Shown here: positions 32,467 to 42,962 of the stretch, one piece after another
Numbering within the stretch: the stretch's first letter is position 1
How the letters are laid out: each line of letters begins with the position of its first letter
Source: Rhodosorus marinus CCMP1338
Lineage: Eukaryota; Plantae; Rhodophyta
Reading direction: 5' to 3'
DNA length: 64,000 nucleotides
NCBI GenBank assembly: GCA_029953675.1
Contig: JAMWBK010000012.1
Location: forward strand, 1,054,001 to 1,118,000
Made by a program: the position numbers and the translations under genes
Notes under the pieces: model-generated
Database searches by the model: none
The model's input: the letters and a program-made list of their open reading frames with translations, nothing else
What the model was told of the DNA's origin: nothing

Positions 32467-33774
32467 AAAAAAAAAGAAACAAACAGGCCACCTGGCTGAA
32501 ATCTGTACTTGGTCTAGTTGCGCTTACGGAAAGCATCGCGGGAAACCAGGTATTGTCATGTTCAGGGCTCTCTTCTCAGTAGAGAATAGCTACTACAAGG
32601 CGAGTTTTTGGTAGTAGCTGGATAATCGCGAAAAAAAAAAAAGTAAAACTTTGAGAACCCAGGTTCAGTTTGCGACTTGGGAGATCTCGAAGAAGCTTCT
32701 TTTCACTAAGCCGTTGTTGTTCCTCTGTTGCTGACATTGTCACATCTGTGCAAATCAGGTTGTCGTACACCTTCAAACCCAAGGTGAGTCTTCCCAAGTC
32801 GCGCACACTAGGCACAAGCATGATCCCATAGGTTTTAAGCAAAACCAAAGCCTCAGACCGTTGTTAGCGTCGCGTGGAGATCAAACTGTTTACAACGTTG
32901 TCATTCAAATCCCATAGCTACCTGCCCTCTGGTTGGTTTGGCTCTGGTTGTTCTTTGAAGACGCTCATTTGAAACTCACCAGCACTGACCACTGTGGCCA
33001 TTAACCCCAGACAAAGATATAGGAGCAGACTCGTCCTCGTTCGCTGTTTGCAAGTTGAGAGCAACGAAGGAAGGGTAAATCTAGTATCGATAGTAACAGC
33101 ATGATCTTTAACAACACGATTGTGTTTCCCGACCAGAAGAACTCTGGAGGATGCCTCCAAAGATCCTGTAGATGACAACGACACTGCGTTCTAAAGTAAC
33201 CAAAACAGGCAGAGTTCCTTTGCAGGTCTGCTGTGCTTACGGGTCTTCGCTGGAAGTGCCGCAGGTATTGCCTTGCTTTATGGGCTAGGAAAGCACAGCT
33301 ATTCTTTAGGCATATAGCTTTCCCAAGTAGCCGGAGTGCTTGAGTACTTTTGCAGTCGCTCATCCAATCCTTGATGGACGTCATTGAGCCGCTAATCAAT
33401 GATGGACTATCCAAAGCCAGGAACGATAGTGTATTTAGCAGCATATTCTAGAACAAAGTTTTAACGATTCTTACACCAACTAGGGTTTTGTCAATCACCC
33501 ATTCGCGTTGGCTGAAGCTCGGCCTCAAGAAATAAACTAACTTGGGTGGCGAGGCTTCTGAATCGAGTGCAACTACAAGCCGATCCAGACAAAATATACT
33601 TGCGTGGATTTCTACCCAGCTAGCTCTACTCTTAGGCGCAGACGAGGCATGTGCCTCGTCTGAAGAATATCCTTTCAAAAAACAGCTCCGCACAGAAGAA
33701 GAGTTCTTATTGATGAAACCTAAAGAGATTTAGATCAGAAAGGCAACTAAACATAGCAGTCTTATTCTCTTGGG

Positions 33775-33872
33775 CCCGGTAGCGGGGTTCCAGTAAGTTT
33801 CTCCCTAGATAGGATTAGACGTAGTGTTGCGCTGCAGTAGGCAGCTGCCCAGTAAAGCTTACGGGTACGTTT
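33775..33872 (+). mobile_element. Family-B 3'-UTR fragment
   Basis: CCGGTAGCGGGGTTCCAGTAAGTTTCTCCCTAGATAGGATTAGAC..GCTGCAGTAGGCAGCTGCCCAGTAAAGC matches 35495-35530 plus 36401-36450. Confidence 0.8.
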
Positions 33873-33925
33873 ATTCCGACTACCAAACGTAGCGCTAGGG
33901 GGGCAAGAGAGAAGGAAGGACTAGG

Positions 33926-34575
33926 CTAAGGAGACCCAAGAGGGGGGTAAGAAACTACGTGCGATGGGGAACAGGTCCCGAACGGCGTCATCGTTGCGCA
34001 TAAACGAGCACGAGTGTAATCGTCAAGCGCAGAATTACCCACGATATCCTCGAACGCTCTACGGTGACTCTCCTGAGAGAGTATTTGTTGTAAAGGACCT
34101 GCGAGCGGAGGATTCAGAGAAGCGGAATCGGTATCAACGGAGGGAAGAGCTGTGGACCAAAGAGCGAGCTGTCGAGTACGAGCTGGGGCGCTTGAGCTGA
34201 GGCGATAGGTCGTCCATCGGCTAGCAAGCAAGAGCTGGCGGGCCAGTTGATCCGTCGAGCTTCGGAGATCCTCGAGTAGAAATTCCGCGTTAGGCTCGGC
34301 ACTAAGACACGCCGTGCCCAGGCGGCGCAAGAAGGGGTTGTCGGCAGCGTTGTGCTGTAGAGTGCGAAGCCAAGCGGCATAGAAAGCAATAGGTTGAATG
34401 CGAACGCGGGTAGCCAGACCGAGTCCGCCCATTTACCAGGGAGTCGGATTTGAGCCTTCACGGTGTCCAGTTCCTCGTGGGGGAGCCCTTGGACGAGGAG
34501 CAAACTTCCGCACAGTGTGTCCAACTCGTGCAGCGTGATTATGTCCGCCTCAGTAGCAAGAACCTCGCCAAACGG
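33926..34575 (-). mobile_element. Family-B-like internal fragment (RT thumb and linker), inverted
   Basis: KAQIRLP./GGLGLATRVRIQPIAFYAAW..LQQILSQESHRRAFE..RARL; cf. 46220-46290. Confidence 0.75.
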
Positions 34576-34579
34576 ACTC

Positions 34580-36478
34580 TGGCCGTGCCTGGGGTTACAA
34601 CCGCGAGAAACATATCTTCGAAGCGCACCGGGCGAGACTGCAGCTTGGAATAATGGTTCAATACAACAAACCCTCTCTCGAGAGGCACACCATTGTGCAT
34701 TCCAAAGGTTGGTCACCAACCCACGAATCTCCCCTGAAAACCGAGCTCGAATACGGTCCGCCGCGGGATCCGGGTCGGGAGTCTGGCTGCGTGAAATACC
34801 AACGCAGACACCGAAATTGAGATGCAGGTAAACGTTCGACAACTGCTGTGTCTGCCAATTCCGGGATTGCGGACCACCGAGAAGTGCACTAGTTGCCGGA
34901 GTAAACACGGAAGGACTGGGATACAACGGTTTCATCACTGCCCAACATCAACTGGACTGTGGCAACGTAGGCACGACGAAATCTGCAGAGAGCTGGCACG
35001 GTGGCTGAGGCGATGGAACTTCATGGACGTAGAGCAAGAACCTGAGGGGTAATTCGAGAACTACGGACTGCGACCTGATATCGTTGCTAGGCATCCGAGG
35101 ATCAAACAAAGGTATGCGCTGGATGTGACGGTGGTGTCACTATTACAGGGAAAATATTTGCGGCGGAGCCAAGATGATAGTGGATACGCGGCGAGAGCTG
35201 CGGAGAAGTGGAAAATCGCTCACTACAAGGAAGCGATGGTGATGGAGAAACCGGATGACAAGTTCATCCCGATAGCGATAGAGACGTTTGGGCGTACGGG
35301 GCAAATGGCACAAGAGTTCCTCCGGGACAGCTGCAAACACTTACTGCACAGGAGTGAGGAGCTGAGAGACGTGAGATCGCAGATAAACCGGCAACTATGG
35401 CGAGGTAACGCAGAGATAGCACTAGGCGCTTTGCGCGTGGACCAGTTGGAGAATCCGCTGGTGCCTGTTTTTTATTTTGAACGTAGCATGAGACCCCGGT
35501 AGCGGGGTTCCAGTAAGTTTCTCCCTAGATGGACTTTACTAGCATAGCCTGAAGCGCTACGCAAGGCGTGAAGATGAACTAATAACTAGGGAGGGAAGCA
35601 TGCAACCCCAGGCGCCGATGGCGCGCCTCGGAAAGCATGTCGCTGGAATATCGCCAAAGGGAGACACTTAAACGCCTCAAGAGCGCCAAATATTCAGTAG
35701 GATGCTCAGCAAAACATTTCCGCAACCACTCTAAACCCGACTTATCTACGTGACCAAAGCTTTCCACAATGAATGGCTGGAACCGGTGAGAGCGACCCTC
35801 AGCGCAAGGCAGACTGGCCATGCTCTCAGCATACCGTCGTTCCTTAACTCTTCGAAGGGCTGAAGCCGCGGCCCCGCGGCGGCGGGCGGCTGCGGTGAGG
35901 TGGGCGCTGGCCACGGGGCAGGTAATCGCAAGGTCCACATATGTTGAGCGTCTGGCAGCAGCGTCGGAGACGAGGAGATCGGCTATACAACGGGGCGGTG
36001 CAGAGTCCGAGATTGATCTGGGAAGTTCCGACTCAACCTCAACCGTATGCCCTATCCGATTCAAAAATTCGCCGAGGATGTACTTGAGGCGAGTGTGACG
36101 CCTCGTACGGAGACCTCGAAACAGTCCGCAGGAACCCAGGAAGTGGTAGCCACAAGCGTCAATCCGGCTCTCACATCCCTGACAGAAAGACGGCCGATTA
36201 GAGTGCCACGGAGCCTGTGGCAAACCGAGATAGATCCGTGCGGCAGAACGGAACTGGAAAGCATCGAGACGATGACTCAATGACGACGGTAGAGTGGTTA
36301 ACCACAAGTGCGAGAGGTGGCCTCCCATGCCGCGGAGACGAGCGGCAGTGGTAGGCAGCGTGAGAGGAGAATTGAGCATGACTGTGTGATCTCCCTAGAT
36401 AGGATTAGACATTGTGTTCCGCTGCAGTAGGCAGCTGCCCAGTAAAGCTTATGGTTACGTTAGTCTGGGGTCCCTCAG
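34580..36478 (+). mobile_element. 5'-truncated family-B copy (zinc knuckle, RLE, 3' UTR), interrupted by a family-A insertion
   Basis: RARIRSAAG, CTSC..HHC, RHDEIC, LRPDIVARHP, ALDVTVVS, FIPIAIETFG. Confidence 0.85.
35531..36389 (-). mobile_element. Young 5'-truncated family-A insertion with 11-bp TSD
   Basis: TCTCCCTAGAT at 35520-35530 and 36390-36400; open knuckle/RLE ORF 35579-36379; 3' end AGTAAAGTCC, no poly(A). Confidence 0.95.
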
Positions 36479-37938
36479 CCGCCACTCCTTCTGCTTGTGG
36501 TTTGATAAACGGAAGCAACCGGTTGCTACGAAGGGCCTGCCGAAGTATGGACGGGAACGACTCAGGTTTCCCTGCTAGGAGTCGCAGAAATTTAACCAAT
36601 CTGGGCTTATTCGCAGGTGCAACGACGTGGAGATGCTCTGCTCTCAGTCCGCTGGGTCCGGGGCTCGTTTGGCTGGAAGTCGGTTGATCACAGAGAAGCA
36701 GAGTCTTCAGGAGAATATCCCTCAGTCAGGTTACCTTAGGCGGCTACTTTTGGACTGTATTTCGCTTGCGGATGGACATCAGCGGTGTGAGATCAATATG
36801 CAGTGGACCACGGACGATCTGGCGGTGCAACTTGTAGCGGCAAGTCATGCGGTACAGAGGAGGCTATCACCAATGACGAGTGCACGGATCAAGAGGCTAG
36901 CGGAATGGCAACCATTAGCAGACTGTGCAAGAGGAACTGAGACGGATCCGAGGAGTTCCGGAGGATATGACGGTCCCATTCCAAAAACGCTCTCTCGAGA
37001 GTGCCACCGTCACGCCTTCGAGATACTCACGGAGGATGCAACGGTGGAGGACGTAGACAGGGCAAGAATCCGGTCGGCGGCAGGGACGGGTTGTGGTGTA
37101 TGGCTAAGAGACTGCCCTAACGTGGTTCCGCGGAAATTAAGTCGGGATGAGATGATCTGGAGCATGAGGATGCTTCTGGGGCTACCCCTACCTGGACTAG
37201 GCCGGTCACACAGCTGCACAGTCTGCGAGCAACGACATGATGTACGTGGGATCCAGCGGCTGCACCACTGCAGGACGTCATCGGGGATGCGCACAAAGAG
37301 GCACGACGAGCTGAAAGTCGAACTGAGTCGATGGCTACACCTATGGAATTTCACAGAGATAGTAGTAGAGCCTCAGGGGTTCTTTGCTGGGTCCGGAATT
37401 CGACCCGATATTGTAGCACGGCACCCGACGAGTGGTTGCGTGTACGTGGTGGACGTGATGGTAACATCGCCACTTCAAAGGAATCAGTTGAGGCATACGA
37501 GCTGGAGTTGCGGATATGCTGCGAAACAAGCAGAACAAGCGAAGGCGTTGCATTATAAGGAAGTGCTGAGGGTGGAAAACCGAGACCTGGTTTTTGTGCC
37601 GTTCATTTTGGAGACTTTTGGTCGAATGGGCGAGGCAAGCCTTGAATTTCTTCGCATAGGGACGGCGCATCTGCATGATCGTGACTCCCATCTGTCGTCG
37701 GTGAGAGGTCAACTAAATCGGATCCTGTGGCAGCAAAATGCTGCTCTAGTTGAGCATGCGATCGAGAAAGATCGCGCGGATAGAACAATATTTCCGTTGA
37801 GTAGAACTTAGATGAGACCCCTGGACAGGGGGTACCAGTGAGTTTAGAGCGAACGCATAGTAGTGGTAATGCGCTGCGGTAGGTAGCTGCCGAATAAAGG
37901 CTACTTGGTTATATGCGGTTATGTATGTAGTCTGGGGT
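36479..37938 (+). mobile_element. 5'-truncated family-B-like copy with open linker-knuckle-RLE ORF (to stop at 37811) and 3' UTR
   Basis: CTVC..HHC, RHDELK, IRPDIVARHP, VVDVMVTSP, FVPFILETFG; ends TAGTCTGGGGT. Confidence 0.87.
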
Positions 37939-38860
37939 TAAAGGAAAAGTTCGTAAGGAAGACAAAAGCAAAAGTTCGTAAGAGAGTCTGAAGATGATTG
38001 TGAGGGAGGTACGCGGGCCGTACCCCGAACCTCTTGTCATTCAGGGCCCGGACCCCTCGGGCACCCGGGAAGTTTTGCAAAGGCACCAGCACCAGTCTGA
38101 TGGCGACGTGCAGGAGGCACAGAAGGAACCACAAGCAGGCGATGTTCAAGCAAGAACGCGGCCCGAGTCTGCAGCCGCAACCGACCCGGCAGCCACATTC
38201 TTGCATCAACTGCGTAGCTTCGACAGATGCTACCAGGACCTGGGCATCGCTGCGTCCGAAATGACAGACTTCTACAAAGCCGTTTTTCAACTGTACTCGA
38301 GGGTCAACAGCTCGCAAGAGCTGCAAGGCGTCACCGGACGCCTTACGGAGTTGTCCCGGAAACCGGGTATGTGGGAAGGTGGAGCCGCTACTACGAATTC
38401 TGCACCATCTCCGCATGATCTCCCGCGACAGGCCGTAGGCAACCACCTCGGCCCCGAAACCCGTTACCGTAACGGTCGTCCGCCAGGAAGTTATGACGTC
38501 CATGATTTAGGAACCCGGCTCCCTGCGCCCCAGGGAGGGACAGGTGTCCAGGATCTAGGACACTATGTTAGAACTTGCCCTGACAGCTGTGTAATCTGTG
38601 TAAGACACTCCCTACTTTAGTGTAAGACGCTAGTGTGAACTATTCAACAGTTTCTACTTTACTGTCAGGTACGTCTTAGTTTACAGTAGCCAAGACTACA
38701 TAAGACCTAGCTTTGCTAGATCTTGAAACCTAGAATTAAGTAAAGACAAGTTGGTTAGAAGAGTTCTAACAGTGGTCTCATCGCTCAAAGGTTTAAGAGG
38801 ATACGAACGGAGGGAGGGGCGATCTAGCGGAAGCAGGAGGACTCGAGTAGCCAACTTCAA

Positions 38861-39591
38861 ATGACTACGTTTACTATACCCCCGCCCGAGGCTTACGACG
38901 GCAAGCGGGATTTCGTCAGGCTTCAGACGTTCATGGCCTCACTGCGTGGCTACCTGAACTTCCATCAGGTAGCAGACTCCGGCCGCCAGTCAGTCCAGTA
39001 CGCGGGACTGTTTTTGAAGGCCCAGGCCCAGGTATGGTACCAGGGTCTTCGGCAGGCGGCGGATGGCCTCCCGGAGGCACTGGAGTCTCTCGAAGACTTC
39101 GGACAGGCCCTGCGAGGACAGTTCGAACCTCACGACCATATCGAGCGAGTCCGGGCCAAACTGCGTAGCGCTCGACAACGCGGCCCTGATGTCACCCGTT
39201 ATGTCGACTATCTCGATGAACTTTTCATGCAGTTGGGCGAGTTCATCAGCGACTCTGAAAAGCTTGAGCATTTTAAGGCGGGCTTGACTGGTCGTGAGCG
39301 AGACTTCGTCTACTATGGTCGACCCAAGACCTATGAGAAGCGAAAGCCATCGCATTAAGCCTGGCGGGTGCCCACGAGATGCCGAAGGAAACGACGAAGG
39401 GATCCTCGGATCCACCAAGAAGCAAACCCCGCACAACGTCACCGCGTCGACCACACACTCGAAGCATGGGAGCGCCGCCAACCTGCTACCTGTGTCGAGA
39501 GATAGGACACGTTAAACGAGACTGCCCCCAACGACTGGCATATTTGCAGGCGGAGGTGGCACGCTTGTCGAGCCTGCAGGAGGAAAACTGA
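38861..39591 (+). pseudogene. L2 gag with one frameshift (~39335)
   Basis: PEAYDGKRD, LEHFKAGL, CCHC knuckle CYLCREIGHVKRDC. Confidence 0.88.
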
Positions 39592-42500
39592 CGGACTCCG
39601 GACGAGGGATGCCGTCCGAGAGTCCAACGACCAGCATCCCAACCGTTAGGTTACAGCAACGGGGTAATGCAAGCCTAACTGCAATAGGCGTGGTGGCGGC
39701 GGAACCGGTGGAATGTCTCATCGACACCGGTGCGGTGACGCCAATTAGAGAGGACGTTGCGAAAGCCGCCAACCTACCTAGGTACGACGAACCACGGACA
39801 TACGGGTTGGCTGTCGGTGAGGAGACCGTGATCAGCCCCGGAGTGACGGAGACAACGATCACACTCCAGGGACGACAATTCAAGACGAAGCTGCGAATAT
39901 TCAAGCATCTAAGCCATGATGTATACTTAGGTCTCGACTTCTTGAGGCAACATCGAATAACTATCGATTGTAGTGCGGAGCCCCCACAGCTGGTACTGGG
40001 AGCGGAAGACACCAGCATGCGTGGGATAACAAGTATGGAAACTGAAGAAGAAATAGGGGAGAGGGCGGGCGCGGTCATCCTGAAAGAGGAAGGCCTAGAG
40101 AAAGGCGGAAAGGACCAGGTTGCCGAGGCAGGAAAGAGGTTTGGTGCGGTCATCCGGAAAGAGTTTCCCCAAGTTTTCCAAGATACATTGCCGTTGCCAC
40201 CGAAGAACCGGCAACGATATGCACTCAAAATCGAATTGGAACCAGGGGCGAGTACACCAGCTCAACGCGCATATTCGATGTCACGGGTCGACCGAGAGCG
40301 GCTACAAGGAGAATTGCACGACTTGGAAGAGCAAGGATTTATCTCACGGAGCAGAAGTCCGTATGCTGCACCTGTGTTGTACGTGGACAAAAAAGACGGT
40401 GGGCGACGCCTCTGCATCGACTATCGCCGTTTGAACCAGATCACCGTGCGAGAAAGAACGACCCCGCCTAGAGTGGAGGAGCTATTGGATACCCTGAGCA
40501 GCGCTCGGGTTTTCACAACGTTAGACCTTCGCTCGGGATATTGGCAGTTGCCAATTGAACAGGCATCACGCGAGAAGACGGCCTTTGTCACGTGCTTCGG
40601 ACAGTACCAATGGAATGTCATGCCGTTTGGGTTGAAGAATGCGCCCTCGGCATTCATCCGCTACCTGACGGACGTATTATATGATCTTCTCAACCAGTGC
40701 GTGGTGTTGTACGTTGATGACATTCTGGTATATTCCCCAGATGACATACAACACCAGGACGATGTTCGAAAGGTGCTACGACGCCTCGAGCAGCATCAGT
40801 TGATCGTCAAATACTCGAAGTGCGGTTTTGGATTACGCCAAGTTTGCTACCTAGGCCAAATCTTGGCGGGAGGCACTCGACGTCCCGATCCGGAGAAGGT
40901 CAAAGCAATTCAGAATTGGAGGACGCCAACTACGGTTAAGGAGCTACGGGCCTTCATGGGTTTCGCAAACTTCTTGCGCCCCTTTGTACCACACTTCGCC
41001 CAAGTGGCGGCGCCCCTCCACAGGCTAACGAAGAAGGACCAGAAGTGGGGTTGGCACGCGGACGAACAACAAGCCTTTGATGGGTTAAAATCCGCCATAT
41101 CAGCAACCACCATGCTGTACATGGTTGATCCGATCCTCCCCTTCATCGTGCAAACGGACGCGAGCGACACCGGGGTGGGTGCTATCCTATTCCAGACCCG
41201 CCAGGATCAGGAGGTGCCCGTGGCGTATATGTCCCGATCCTTCAATAGTACCGAGAAACGCTACACAACGTACGAGAAAGAACTCTACGCCATCGTCCTG
41301 GCCATCTGCAGGTGGTCCGTGTATCTTGATGGGCAACAGTTCACTGTGCGTACGGACCATAACCCGCTACGCTTCTTGCAAACACAGACGACATTAACTC
41401 GTCGGCAGGCGCGGTACGTGAATATATTACTACCCTACTCCTTTGAGGTTCAATACGTACGCGGCGAGATAAACGTCGCGGATGCACTGAGTCGCGACGC
41501 ACTACGAGCCACCCGCGTCACGATGGAAGCCGATTGGACTCCAGAGTACCAAGCCGATCCAGAATTCTGCACGCAATTTCGAAGCCCGGACCAGTTTGAG
41601 GGTTTCCAACGAAGAAAGGGTCTATTATTCCTCCATGCACGACTTTGCGTACCCGAACACCGTGTTAATCAGGTCATCGATGGGCACCACCAGTCTCTAA
41701 CGGCAGGCAATTTCGGCGCACAAGCTACTTACCGTGTTGTGCGACGACGCTATTACTGGCCTAGCATGAGGAAAGACATTTTCACGCGCGTACAACAATG
41801 CGAGATATGCGCCCGTGAACAACCACTTCGGCGCAACCAGGGCGAGCTGCAACCGCTCGCAATTCCGGAGAATCGCGCGGTCGACTGGACTATGGACTTC
41901 ATAATAGGCTTTCCCAGTATCGCGGGTAACGACGCTATACTAGTTGTGGTCGATCGACTCACGAAGGACGCCGTATTTATCCCGACGACGAAAATGGTAA
42001 CCGCGGAAGGAGTGGCAACACTTATCCTGCAACATATCGTCGCCTGGTTCGGATTGCCACGGAGTTTTGTCACAGACCGCGATCCAGTCTTCACGGCAGC
42101 TTTTTGGCGCCACCTAATGCAATTACTGGGCATTCAACAACTATTGTCCACGGCATACCATCCTGAAACGGACGGTCAGACGGAGCGCGTGAATCAGACA
42201 CTTCAAATCATGCTGAGATGCTGCTGTACAAATCGCACGTGGGTGCAGAGCCTCCCGCTACTTCAGCTGGCGTATAATAATCATCCCTCAGCCAGCACGG
42301 GGTATTCACCATATTTCCTGTTAACAGGGGGGCACCCGCGGCTCCACTTGGATGTCTCACTACCTACCACGCAAATTGAGAACCTCCCCGATGCCGCTAC
42401 TGCATTCTCCCAACGACAACAGCGAATTCTTGCAGATGCACGCAAATCACTGACCCTGGCACAAGAGTTATCTGCGGCATCCGCTAATACTCACCGTCAT

Positions 42501-42962
42501 GCGAAGGTGTTCGACGTCGGCGATTACGTTTATTTGTCAACGAAGAATCTCTAACTGGAGGGCCCAACCCGCTTCAAACCTCGATGGTTGGGCCCGTTTC
42601 CCGTTATCGAGAAACAATCTGACGTGGCATACACTCTGCAGTTACCGGATGAGATGCGCATACATTCGACATTTCACGTTTCCTTGCTAAAAGGTGCCCC
42701 TACGTGTCCTCCGAATTCTCCGATGCGGAGTATCCCTCTCCAATCGGATCTCTATTCAACGCTACCGATCCTGTCGGTATTGGGGGTCCGCCATGCGGCT
42801 AACGGGATCCGACAGTTCCTATGTTATCGCGAAAACGAATCCTGGACTGATGCGACTTGGATACCCGAGCCGGACTACCCGACCGATCTACAATCTCGAC
42901 GACGCTTACGACACTACCTCAATTATCGCAAGGTGCTTGACGCGCTACCTTCAACTTCTTGA
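39582..42962 (+). pseudogene. L2 pol (PR-RT-RH-IN-chromodomain-like) with an in-frame TAA at 42552-42554
   Basis: LIDTGA, LCIDYRRLN, YVDDIL, QTDAS, HHCC zinc finger, TMDFI, TDRD, TERVN, WLGPF, ATWIPE. Confidence 0.92.

Noticed and set aside
33001-33760. Possible decayed host gene (minus-strand ORFs 33448-33693 and 33001-33444)
   Set aside because: No recognisable motif; cannot be supported without a database search
33800-33870. Twister or HDV-like ribozyme in element UTRs
   Set aside because: Hairpins are present, but I could not place the conserved catalytic nucleotides or pseudoknots by eye; needs an Infernal search
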